NCBI GenBank assembly: GCA_013239625.1
Contig: MU053482.1
Location: 843,168-907,167, forward strand
Length of the DNA: 64,000 nucleotides
Reading direction: 5' to 3'
DNA from: Lama guanicoe
Taxonomy: Eukaryota
Position numbers and translations under genes: made by a program. How positions within the stretch are numbered: position 1 is the first letter of the stretch; the number at the start of each line of letters is the position of its first letter. The notes under the pieces were generated by a model. That model was not told where the DNA came from, ran no database searches, and saw nothing but the letters and a program-made list of their open reading frames with translations. Of the stretch, positions 1 to 12,191 are shown in pieces.

Positions 1-814
1 AAATGACATTGTTGTTCCTTCATTCAAGATTCTTTAATGCTTCTCCATGACCAGCAGAAACTTTTTAGCTTGGCACAGGAAGACCTTCATGATCTGACCA
101 TTTTCTAACCTCACCTTTCTGCTCTAGCAATGTGAGGCTCCTTGCAGCTGGTTATATACATTGTAATTTCATTATTCCATTTCTTTGCACAGCTTGTACC
201 TTCTGCCTCCTATCTTTTAACCCAATAATTGAATATAGAAAATTGTAAAAATTACCTAAAATAGAAAACTTCATACATGATCACATTTATGGCAGTTTAA
301 TTCATAATATAAAAATTAAAAATCTAAGTCCCTAATAACATAGAGATAATTAAGTATTATGGTACAGCCACACAATGGAATATCATGTACCATTAACATT
401 TTTAAAAAGTTGTATATAAAAAAGTGATTTTTATTTTTTATGAAAAGACACCAGTAAAAATAGAAAACAATACAGAAAAGTATGAAGAACATAAAGATAA
501 CTACAATCCATCCTATCAAAGAAACCCACTAATAACATTTTTGTATATATTCAATAGTTTCCCCATGGAAATACCTGTATAAATATATAAATAGAATTTT
601 ACCCCATATAGAGTTCTATATCTTGTACTTTTGTCTTAACACCGTAAGTATATTCTTATCATTACAACATTCTTGGAAAATATAAGTTTTAGTGACTGCA
701 TAACATTACATCATATAGGTGCATCATAATTTATTTGACCTTTCCCCTATTTTAGGGGAAGGCAGCATAAAAATACTTCAATAAATATCTCATTTACCTA
801 TGTATGTGTTCTAA

Positions 815-1403
815 TGTAGTTCAGAATACTTGGTCCAGACCCACCACTTTCTAGAGAAACTTATTTGAACGTCAGTCCTAACAACCATGTTACATGCCTG
901 TCATCCTATCCCTGGGCATGTCTGAAAACACCAGAGTGAACATCTGATACAAAGCTAACCAGTCTGAAGCTTACCAGTAGCCTATGGTTTGGACTGGCCT
1001 CAAAGAGTTGTCTAGAGCTAGTAATTATAAACTGAGCCAATCATTTTCCCTCATTCAGAAATCTGAATCTCAGACTCAGAAAGAAGTTACATGTTATAGT
1101 GGGCAATAAAATCGAAAAAACTTAATCAGGGATGTGGTGGTAATTTGATAAGCATGTGCAGAGTGAGTAAACAGAAGGTCAGTCTGTAGAAAGAAAAGAG
1201 GATAACCAAAGAAACAAAAATAAGTTCTTGAAAAAGTAGTCTCATTGTCTAATGGTTTTCTGGAGCAAGTTCTCCTGTTGAAGCTTCTGTCCTTGGATTT
1301 GTGTGTGTGTGTGTGTGATCTTAAAACATAATGTTATATAACTTTTTTAAAATGAGGTAACTTAAGTGGATCTCTGTTCTTTGCAAACAGAAGTTCCCTA
1401 ATA
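815..1403 (+). mobile_element. Degraded MLT1-like LTR containing a (GT)n microsatellite at about 1300-1317
   Basis: GAGCCAATCA motif and a CTTAAGTGGATCTCTGTTCTTTGCAA…CCCTAA end; heavily diverged. Confidence 0.45.
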
Positions 1404-3233
1404 GAGTGCAACTCTATTTCCACAGGATATATGCCTAGATAGGAAATCAAGGAAAGAGTAGTAACAATTTTGAGGGTCACGGATTGGCCAAATTGTTTTC
1501 CCAAAAAGTCTATCTATTTACCTTCAACATAAGTAGTGTGTAAGTATCCATTTGTACTCTCACTGAAAATAGCTATTATAATTTTTGTTAATAAAAGTTG
1601 TATTTCATTGCTTTAATCTGTTGATGTCCTTTGCCATTTTAACTAGGTGTCCATCTTATTAATTTATAAAAGTTCCTATCATAATCATGGAAAATATTTT
1701 CCCTATTGTTGTCTTGACTTCCATATGTTCTTCACCTACAGTTTAAAATTTTTTACTGTGGTCCAATTCTTAGGCATTTTTTCTGAGTTCTTCCAGTTCA
1801 TCAAACTCAAAAAATGCATACGTGTGTTATGTTTTCAACTATATAAAAACCATATGTAACTATATATAAAATTTGGTAAATGTTTAAAATTTTATGTTTC
1901 AAAGAGTAGCACCTCCTCTTAAAAAATATCTTGTGCTAATCTTGAATATGAATCATTTAAAAAATGGGGTTAGCTTGTGTTTTTTTTATTTTTGATGAAC
2001 CAGCCTTCATGAAAACATATAGGGGTTTGTGGAACACAGGCTGAAAATTTGTGCTTTAATCAATATATATTAGTAGGTCAATATATATAAGATATCAGTC
2101 ATGAGATGAAAGTCTAATTTTATTTTTCACCAAAGAGTTAAATAATTTTCTCAGCACAATTTCCTGAATAATCCTTCTGTTCGTAAGTCTTTATCATAAG
2201 TATTTAAGCATATTTACTTAATGTTATATATACATATGTAATCCATACACTGATTTATTTGAGTTATTCAGTAACTGAGCATTCTGAACATTTTTTAAAA
2301 TGTATGATCAAGTTCTCAACATTTTAATTTCAATATATCATTTATTATATATTAGGGTAATATCATTAATCTTTCTTATAATTATCTCTGCTCTTTTCCA
2401 ATGTTTCTTTTTCTTAAAAGACTTTATAATATTTTTTAATTTCAGAGCTCATTGGGATTTTGATCAGATTTGAAATAAATCTATGAATTAAGGAACATTC
2501 CCTCTGAAAAAATTATAAGACTTCTCTATTCAAGTCCTCTTTTATTTACAATTAAATGTTTTGCTTTTCATTATTTTCATTCTACATTTTTGCTATTTGT
2601 TCCTATTTAAGAAATTTTAGTATTAAAAACTCTTTTTTGCACCCACTGTATTTTCTGATTATTGCAAGTATTTAGGAAACTGTTGGTTTTTATATTTTTA
2701 TCCACCTTAATGGGTTTAGTTTGTTTATTTTTAAATTAACTTTTAAAAACATATTTGGGATACCTTTATGTTTGCCAAATATTTGTGTATTCTTTTAAAT
2801 CAATAAAATTAATAGCTCAGTATTGAGCAACTGATCAGTTGAAAATTGATCAGTATTTTGCTTTAATCTTTTCTGTTGTAGAGCATATAGGTAAAATTCT
2901 AACTCAGTCTAGGGTTTTCAGACTCTTTAAGGGGAGATTTAACTTATTTTGATAAATTTGATTTGCTTTCATCTTGATCCATATTCTCTAATTTTTTAGA
3001 TCATCTTGTTTTTTTCTGTCTTTTGCTATAGGGGCTGAATATTCTTTATTTTTATCTTCTGTTTTGAAAGAAATATGTGCTTTTGTTAGTAGTTAGTTGT
3101 AATTTCTAACTTTGTAAAAAAAAATTAAGACCTTTATTTCTAGAACTGTTAAAGTCAGGAACAAAATGTAATGAATCCATGCTATTTAAGATCAGAAATG
3201 TAGCACACTTTCTTTTGCTGTCCTTCCCTCATT

Positions 3234-3395
3234 TAGTTGCCGGATTTAACAAATAAAAACACAAAATGCTGTTAAATTCAAATTTCATATAAACAAATAA
3301 TTTCTTAGTATAAGTTCCATGCAATATTTGGGACATGCTTAATACTAAAAAATTATAATTGTATATCTGAAATTCAAATTTAACTGAGTGTCTGA
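3234..3395. mobile_element. MER53 palindromic hAT MITE
   Basis: Inverted arms GTTAAATTCAAATTTCATAT / TATCTGAAATTCAAATTTAAC around the core CCATGCAATATTTGGGACAT. Confidence 0.8.
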
Positions 3396-4571
3396 AAACT
3401 CTATTTTCCTACTCAGACTTTAACATATAATCTGTTTTTATACTCAGCATTTGTATATTATTTTCTTGCACAACTATTTAAAATTTTTAAAGCTTTGTAA
3501 ACAAATTAATTATTCCAGACTTAACTGCATGTTTAACTGATTTTAGTGTTTGTCACCAGTTTTTTTATACTGTGACTTCCACATTCTTGAGCTCTCTTTA
3601 AGAAAGGTACACATATGATGTATTTTGTTTTCTTATCTAATTTGTCACCTACACATGTAAAGGACAATTCAGCTGATTAAAAAAAAACTATAGGCAATAG
3701 AAGAGATTTTCAATCTCACAATTCTGAAGATGTTATTCTGTTGTCTTTTGACATGTACTGTTGCAGAGGTCTTTATCCATTCTCCCTCTTTGGTTTTGAG
3801 AATAACCAGAATTTTCACACACCTACAAAGAGAAACTAAATCATACTTCTTGTTACTTGGTGTCTGAACCTATGAACAAGTGTGGAAAACCGGGGAGGGG
3901 AATGGGTGAGTGTATTATGGTGACCTCAGAGTGCAGCACTTCTGTGACAAAAGGACGGTTCTTGAGTTTTCTGGTTGGCAGAAATAACATCTCTAAGATA
4001 ATCCTATCTTGGATAACAGGTCATACAATGTTTTCCTGTCTTTTGTCATGAGCAACTGAAATCTACTGGCCCTGTAAGTTACTTCTTCCACAGTTGAGCA
4101 TCAGGTTGTCTACCAGTTTGAATTTCAAGTTTTGTGTTTTCATTTTTTTCTATAGCTTCCTAGGGACTTTACAGGGGAGTCAAGATGCTGTTTCATTGGT
4201 AGCTAACCAATTTCAATTCAAACCAAAATATAGTAAATGTTTGGAAGTCAGTGGAAATACAAAGTTGAACATACAGTATAATTGCATACACATAAAAATG
4301 TACAGGAAAAAAGACCAGAATGAAATAGGATGAAAAGTTTTCTTCTTGACTTAATTTTTTTTAGTGACTACGTATAATATTTATAATAGAAAAATACTTT
4401 AATTTAAAATATTAGGCCCTCCTCTTGAAGCAAATGATTCCTAGTATGAATTAGGGCAAAACATAAATATTGCTTGAGATTATTTGGGTTATTTATAGAA
4501 TTTCCTTCCCATCAGCATTTACTGGGCTTAAGGTGAAGCTTTGATTAAAGCTGTTAACTAAATGAACAGAA

Positions 4572-6262
4572 TTATAAGGTTTCTCTTCTGCGATTACTGT
4601 GAAGATGTGAATTCTGATCAAATCCCTTATAATACTCATGGCATTTATGAGTTTTCTCTCCTGTGTGGACTCTTTGATGAATTCGAAGAGCTGAGCTATG
4701 GCTGAAACCCTTACCACACTTAGCACATTGGTAAGGCTTCTCTCCGGTGTGGACCCTCTGATGAATGTGAAGGTTAGAGCTGTGACTAAAGCCTTTTCCA
4801 CAGTCATCACATTTATAGGGTTTTTCTCCTGTATGGACTCTCTGATGAATGAGGAGATGTGAACGCTGACTGAATCCCTTACCACACTGTTCACATTTAT
4901 AGGGTTTCTCTCCAGTATGTACTCTCTGATGAGTGTGGAGTTTGGAACTCTTGCTGAAGCCCTTCCCACACTCATGACACGTATAGGGTTTCTCCCCAGT
5001 ATGGACCCTCTGGTGAATGCGAAGATCTGAGCTGTGACTGAAGTCCTTCCCACAGTGCTCACATTTATAAGGCTTCTCTCCTGTATGCACTCTCTGATGA
5101 ATCTGAAGATTTGAGCGCTGGGTAAAGCCTTTCCCACAATCGTCACATTTATAGGACTTTTCTCCCGTGTGGACTAACTGATGAATTCGAAGATTTGAGC
5201 TCTGACTGAAGCCCTTACCACACTCATCACACTTATATGGCTTCTCTCCGGTGTGGACTCTCTGATGAACATGAAGTACTGAACTCCGACTAAAACTCTT
5301 ACCACACTGACCACACTTAAAAGGCTTCTCTCCAATGTGAAGTCTCTGGTGAATGTGAAATAATGAGTTTCTACTGAGGTCCTTGTCACACTGCAGTCTA
5401 TAGCATTTCTCTTCAGCGTGGACTCTTTGATGATGGTGAAGACTAGGGAACTGACTGAAGCTCTTACCACGCACATTATATATATAAGGCACCTCCCCTG
5501 GGTAGACTCTCTGATGAAAGCGAACACCTAAGCTCTGGCTAAGGTTACTGGTAGCTTCTTCACATCTGTACAGCTTGCTACCCATGTGGATTCTTGGATT
5601 TCTGTATAGGTCTGACCTCTGGGGGAAGCACACTGTGCTGATGGAGCATTGATAGAACTTTTCTCCAAGTTGGTTTCTCTTGTGGAGAACACATGGTGAG
5701 TTCCAAAAATACATTTCTTTACATTTATCACATCCACAGTATTTCTCTTCTATAGAGCCATTTAGCAGGTCATTTTGGCATATCTCCCCAGCATACTCTG
5801 GAAGGTCTTCCACTATTGGGAGGTAAGAATGCTGACCTATGAACTTCTGTTCTTTTTCCATACAGAGATTTTTCCTGGATATGTCAACATGGCATCTACT
5901 TTGAAGACCACGTGAATCATCCACATAGATTCCTCTACCATCGTCTTCAGTGTGTTTTGTTTCTAAGGACTGACCAGGTATAAACTTTGTATATTTTAAG
6001 TTCCTGGGACCTTTGCCTTCAGAATTCAGTTCATGGTTGCCATACTCTGGTACTTGTGTGGAGAGTAGTGACCATTCCTGATGGTGGGAAAGGTGTTGCT
6101 GCTTTAGGTCTTTGGAATCTCTACCTTGAACACTTTCCTCATGGTTTCGATTCTCATATATCTGAGTGCTGGCATTCCTCCAGCCATGCCAGCAAGAAAG
6201 ATTGTCATGTGTTAAATATCTGAATCTTTTTTCTTGGGGTTTGTACCTCTCTCTCCAGTTTC
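4572..6262 (-). CDS. ZNF214: ZNF214 last coding exon (spacer plus C2H2 array: 8 intact fingers and several degenerate ones)
   Basis: Part of ORF 4572..6338 with TGEKPY-linked C2H2 fingers. Acceptor ttttctag|GA at 6262 joins in phase 1 to the KRAB exon (…MSV-G-NW…). Joined CDS is 1818 nt = 605 aa. Spacer and C-terminus (…[13 protein letters not shown]) match my recollection of ZNF214. Confidence 0.93.
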
Positions 6263-6612
6263 CTAGAAAAATAAGCAGATAATCCAGTGGTAAAATGAAA
6301 GCTGTGTTTAAAAAATCTGCAACAACCTTTAGAATCACAGGAATATATATGTGTGTGCAAGAGGGGAAGAAGGTTGTGACTTAGGCTGCTCCATATTTGG
6401 GTGTGAAATCCATTTGTTTGCTTATAGATGTATTCATTCACTCACTTATTCATTCAAAAGACATATCTTGAGCATTTATTACCACGTACTGTTAGAAATA
6501 AAAGAGAAAGCTTTCAGGGAAATAGTCTTAAAGACTAATATTTAATTAGATTATTCTATTTGGGGCATTATTATGAGAAAAAATACGGTTTCTGTTTTTT
6601 TGTTCTAGAATA

Positions 6613-7060
6613 GTGTGGTAGGTTGTACAAACAACTCTACTTTTTCTACATCTTTGGGTGTTTTCTTTCCACACCAACTCTACGCTTGGTTATGTAAAAT
6701 GCTTTTGTCACTGAGACAAAAGTGATACAAGGAGAGACTTGAAAAGTGCTTATGCATTGGGGTTTGGCCTTTCTTGATGGTTTTGAGAGTCCTGTGACCA
6801 CCACCTTGTAAATGGGCCTGGACTAGCCTCCTTGAAGAGAGACATATGGTCAACATATGCCCGTTATAACACATACTGACCAACTGCCAGACATGTGAGT
6901 CAGGCTGTCCAGCCTTATCTTAGACCATCCAGCCCCAATCAAGTCACTCCATGATAGGAGATCCATCTAACCAACCAGAATCATGAAAAATAATAAGGTT
7001 TATTTTAAGTCACTAAGTTAGGGGTAGTTTGTATATTATACAGAAAGAGCTAACTTGCAC
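6613..7060 (+). mobile_element. MLT1-type MaLR solo LTR in the last ZNF214 intron
   Basis: Starts TGTGGTAG; contains CCAGACATGTGAGT and the TTTTAAGTCACTAAGTT.GGGGTAGTTTGT…ACA end typical of MLT1. Confidence 0.65.
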
Positions 7061-7295
7061 AAATAGTACATGGAGAAAAAATTTAATACTAAACAAAATT
7101 ATGTGTGAAAATCTGTGCTTTAAGTGTAATCTGGAAAATAAGTAAGAATAATAATCACAAATACCTATTAATTACATAGCTTAGGTTGTTTGGAAGATAT
7201 CTTTGTCATCTATTTGTCATGTGATTTAAGACCCATTTTTTAGAATAATTTCTTCCACCTCAATATAACACCCAGATAAATAACCAGAATACTCA

Positions 7296-7544
<249 letters not shown>

Positions 7545-8435
7545 TCAGCAAGTAACAGAAGTGACAAACCAAAAAGAGAAAGAACTCCAATAATGAAGAA
7601 AATCAAGAAACGCAAGAGGAGACACAATAATACAGATCAAGTCGTTAAATAATGTATCCAAATCATTGAACACCATCACCACCATCATAAGAGACACTTA
7701 TATAAGCATTTGTCTGCTAACCACTGGGCTAAGTACTTCATGTACATTGCACGTAATCCTCAGAGCAATCCTAAATTGTAGATACTACTATCCCCATTTT
7801 ACAGCTAGAGCCACTTTGTTTTTTCCAAAGTGTACATACTTTGGACCAAAACTGTTTGCCAACTGTACCAGTATAGCTTCATGTTGCTTATATTATTGCT
7901 TCATGATTGATCATCTTAGATATTATCTATTTACTTTCTACTATGAAATGAGGAATCAGACGCGACCACCTGTACCTCCACTCCTCATAATCATGTAGCA
8001 TTATCACTAATTTTCTGGTTAAATCAGTAAGTAGTGCTTATATGATTTTGAATATGATTATATACTGTTTGGGAGAATTACTTGTTTAATTTTTACTTAA
8101 TAAATTTACTGTCCTCAAAGTCTTATTAGTTTGAAAGGCTCTATATAATCTATTTTATGTAGTGTCTCATCCCCTCACCCACTCCTTTTATCTTGGATAT
8201 GTCCATCTTCCTGCTCAAGTTAGGGCTGGCTACTCTTTAGTGCTCCATTTTCAAGATCATATGACTCTTCCTCTTTTGTGATTCACTCCATTAATTGGGA
8301 GGCACATAACCAAGTGAGTTCAGTCAGGCCTATGAATGCTAGGCCTGTGGCCACCGAAAAGGGCAAAGGTGAGAAACTGGTGACGTTTTCTTTAAAGGAG
8401 AATCTCCAAGCATGTGTACTAGGAAGAATTCCCAA

Positions 8436-8470
8436 GAATCATATGAATCACTTGAATCATATGAATCACT
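8436..8470. repeat. Short tandem duplication (18-bp period)
   Basis: GAATCATATGAATCACT-T-GAATCATATGAATCACT. Confidence 0.85.
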
Positions 8471-9131
8471 CTCTGCCTGAAGTCTTTATTACTATCCTTC
8501 ACAAATGGCTGGGTATAGAATTCTAGAGTGAAAAGAATTTTTCTCAGAACTGCTTCACTGTTTATAAGCTTTCAGTGTTGCTAAGAGTGATTTAAAAAAA
8601 AACTGTAATTCCTTTGTAGGCAACTTTTTCTTTCCCCTTGGGAAATATTTTAGGATCTTCTTTTTTGTCTGGCCCTCTGCCCCAGATGGTATGGATGTGA
8701 GCCTCTCTGAAGTTCACAGGGCTCATCAGTTCCTTTCTTGTCTGTACTGTCCTAGGGAGTATTCTGGGATGTAATGTCTTTAGCCCTGTGTGGCTCTTAC
8801 CACTCCTCCTCTTGTTGCCTTCCAAGTTTGTGTTGCAATTTCTCATTTGCTGATGGCTCTTCAACTTCACCACTGTAAGTTCATAAATTTCTTAGTTTTT
8901 TATTATTATGCAGTTTTAGAGAAAAAGAAGAGATAAATGCATGTATTCTAACTACCTAAAAACAATTCTTTTAGTGGAAATAACATCATAAGTTGGTTAG
9001 GTGACAAATTCATTTTATTTCTTTGATGACACATTCTCAACTGTAAAGTTCAATTTATAATACTCAGTAAATACCAAGAATAAAATAGATACTTTTAAGG
9101 AATTTACAATAAAATGTAAGGAAACTAGACT

Positions 9132-9160
9132 ATCATCATCATCATCATCATCATATCATT
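9132..9160. repeat. (ATC)n microsatellite
   Basis: ATCATCATCATCATCATCATCAT. Confidence 0.9.
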
Positions 9161-9847
9161 ATAATCATCGCAGCAGCTAAATACTATCTAGCAGTTATAT
9201 GAAGAAGGTTATGTTATCTCATTTATCATTACAACAATCCAGTAAGGTATTATTATCAACATTCCTCTTCATTGAAGGAATGAGGAAATTAACATTTAGC
9301 AAGATTAAGTACAAGGTCATGTAGTTACAAAGTGGTGGTTTTTAAACCCAGGCATGCCTACTAAGTGAAAGTGAGAGAAGTTTTAAAAACAACTTGAAGT
9401 TTTGTAAATCAGTATTTCCAAGTACAGCTATATTGTGTTAAAGTAGAAAGGCAAAAGGAAGATATACTGAAATATTCAAGGATTTAAAATATACCACCCA
9501 AGTACTATTTTCCAAATAAAGTAAATGAAAATCCATGCCTAAAAAAATGAAACATTAATCACAAATCAGAATTCAAGAATGAGAAAATTCAGTGCTGTTT
9601 ATTTTTAAATGCTTATAAAATAAATGTTAAAAAATTTTAAAGGCAGTAAGTCTACTTTAACACAAACAAATGAGTATATAAATAAGAAACCTGGGATCCT
9701 CAGAAGATGAAAAACTGGTGTCATTGTGATAAATGAATTCACTGGTCCTTCATTTTGTAAAATGTACAGTAAACAAAACCCAGTCTGTTGTTATTGGCTT
9801 TGTTATTTTAACAAAGATTTAAGAATTTATTTAAAAGCTATACTAGA

Positions 9848-9978
9848 GGGGAGGGTATAGCTCTAGTGGTAGAGTGCATGCTTAGCATGCACGAGGTCCT
9901 GGATTTGATCCCAGGTATGTCCTCTGAAAAATAAATAAATAAGTAAACCTAGTTACCTACCCCCCCAAAATAAATTAA
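9848..9978 (+). mobile_element. tRNA-Ala-derived SINE (camelid vic-1-like)
   Basis: GGGGAGGGTATAGCTC…GTGGTAGAGTGCATGCTTAGCATGCACGAGGTCCTGG head, (AAAT)n and C-run tail, TACTAGA on both flanks. Confidence 0.85.
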
Positions 9979-10261
9979 AAATTTACTAGAGATTAAGAGT
10001 CTATTTTCTTTTACTGAAAATAAGTTTATAAAAATTATAACAATGCTGAAGTAATACAAATAAAAATTGAAAGCCAACCCTCCCCAAATAACTTAAAAAT
10101 AACGACTATAGTTTTCACTGTATCCTTTCTGATGCTTTTCATACATACATAGCCTGCTAATGTTTTTTTGTAACAAAGACATGATCATTCTGCAGTTTGC
10201 TTTTTTCATATACCATGTAGTGTACAACTTCCCATTGTAGTACTTATAGACCTATCTTATT

Positions 10262-10797
10262 TGTGGTGATTTTAAAATATGCCCACAAATTATTTGGTAC
10301 CCTTCCCTTCAAAAAGTAGAGCCTAATTCCCCACCCCTTGAATGTGAGCCGATGATGAATAGGAGAAAAAGCAAAAGGGGAAGCAATGGTGTGCAACTTT
10401 CGAGACTAGCTCATAAAAGATTCCTCCTTGCTCTTTTTGTCAGATCAGTCACTCTGGGAGAAGCTACCTCTCATGTTGTGAGAATACTTAGGCAGTCCTG
10501 TGGAGAGGCCCATGTGGTGAGGAACTGAGGCCATCTGTCCTCAATGAGAAATGAGGCATCTGCCAATAGTCATGTGAGTAACTTAGCATCTTAGCAATGG
10601 ATCCTCCAGCCCCAGTGAAGCCTTCCAGTGACAAAGGCCTGCTGACAGCTTGACTGCAACCTCATGAGAAGCCCTGAGCCAGAACCACACTGCTATGTTG
10701 CTCCAGATTCCTGACCCTTAGAAACTGAGTGAGATAACAAATGTTTGTTAATTTAAGCTGCTAAGTATAATTTATTATGCAGCAATAGACTAATATA
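10262..10797 (+). mobile_element. MLT1-type MaLR solo LTR
   Basis: GGAGAGGCCCATGTGGTGAGGAACTGAGG, GACTGCAACCTCATGAGA, CAGATTCCTGACCC and a TTATGCAGCAATAG end. Confidence 0.8.
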
Positions 10798-12009
10798 TTG
10801 TAAATGTTGCATGGCATTTCACTTTATGATGTTCCAGGATTTAACTGTTTCCAAACTGATGCACATTATTTCTAGTTTTCTGGCTATCACAATAGAGCAG
10901 TGATCAATTCTCTCTATATCACTGAACAACACTCACTTGTAATAACATATCTAGATGATACATTTCCAGAATTAGAACCTTTAGGCATGTGCATTTCAGT
11001 TTACTAAAAAACACTATAAAACTTCCCTTGAAAATATTTTTTAAAATCTGTTGCAAATGATTTCCCCCACTAGAAAAGTTAAAAGCAGGACACCTACATT
11101 CAAAATTAGTAGGTACAAAATGCCTAGAGATGGAAAAAGAAGGAAATTACATAAAGAATAAATTAAGATGGCAACTAAATTTATTAATAGACAAAAGGAT
11201 ATTAAAACAGTTTTAAAGTATAGAGGCATACTGCTTAGAAGAGACACACTGAACTACTGAATCTAAAAGACTAAAATTAAAAGATAGGCTAATCTATAAC
11301 AAAAATGTGGACAAAAATGAAGTCGCTTTTGCATTATTAATATTACATAAGGTAAAATGAAAGGAAACAGTATTATACTAGATTAGCAGAGTGATTTTAT
11401 GAGAAATGAAATTATAGCCCTTTGTGTACCACCAACCAGAACTGATTAAGCTTCTGTCATAATTGCTACAAGACTTTGCATCATCAACAGAGTATGGAAA
11501 ATTTCAAACATTCACAAGAGTAATAAAGAGGACAATATAGTGAGGTCCCATATAACCACTCAATAATTATCATTTATATATATAAATATATCAATATAAT
11601 ATTATTTTGTCAAACTTATTTCAATCCTCTGCTTCCCCCATTATTAATATTATTGTTATTATTATTTGCTGGAGTATTTGAAAGCAAATCCCAAGCCTAA
11701 ATCATTTCACATATAATTATTTCAGAAATAGTTCAATATATATCTTTCACTAACTAATAGGGACTTTAAAAAACCTAACTGCTTAACAAAATTAATAGTA
11801 CTTAATATCTAACATTCACTTCAAATTAATATTTGTTACAGCTAAATTGTCTGAATCAGGATCCAAAAAAGATCTGCAACTTATATTTGGTTACTGTATG
11901 TTTCTTAAATCTCTCTTGTCTGTAACAGTATCCTTCTACCTTTTAATTTTTTTAATTTATCATGCCATTGATTTGTTAAAGAAACCCAGACATTTATTGT
12001 GTAGAAAAC

Positions 12010-12191
12010 TGATTCTCAAAATTCATTAAGTATCAGAATCACCTGGAGAACTTGTTAAAACACAGTTTCCTGGGCCCCATCCCCAGAGACTCTGATTCAT
12101 TAGGTCCTAGGTAGGACCCATGATTCATTTATAATAAGCTCTCATGTGATGCTAATGCTGCTGGACCAGGGACTGGACTTTGAATAGCACT
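12010..12191. mobile_element. MER5A-like hAT MITE
   Basis: ATCAGAATCACCTGGAG…CTTGTTAAAACACAG…CTGGGCCCCA…CTGATTCA…CTTTGAATAGCACT. Confidence 0.8.

Noticed and set aside
2828..2856. Small palindrome/hairpin CAACTGATCAGTTG…TTGATCAGT
   Set aside because: Short, within AT-rich decayed sequence; consistent with chance or micro-duplication.
4493..5737. Alternative-frame ORFs of 217, 117 and 69 aa overlapping ZNF214
   Set aside because: Shadow frames of repetitive C2H2 codons (FIRESTQERNP pattern); no independent evidence.
6263..6338. N-terminal extension of the 588-aa ORF (MILKVVADF…)
   Set aside because: Intronic read-through upstream of the acceptor at 6262.
9848..9920. Apparent tRNA-Ala genes (also at 16806, 28179 and 61460-61536)
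   Set aside because: SINE heads with A-rich tails, TSDs and broken acceptor stems; not functional tRNAs.
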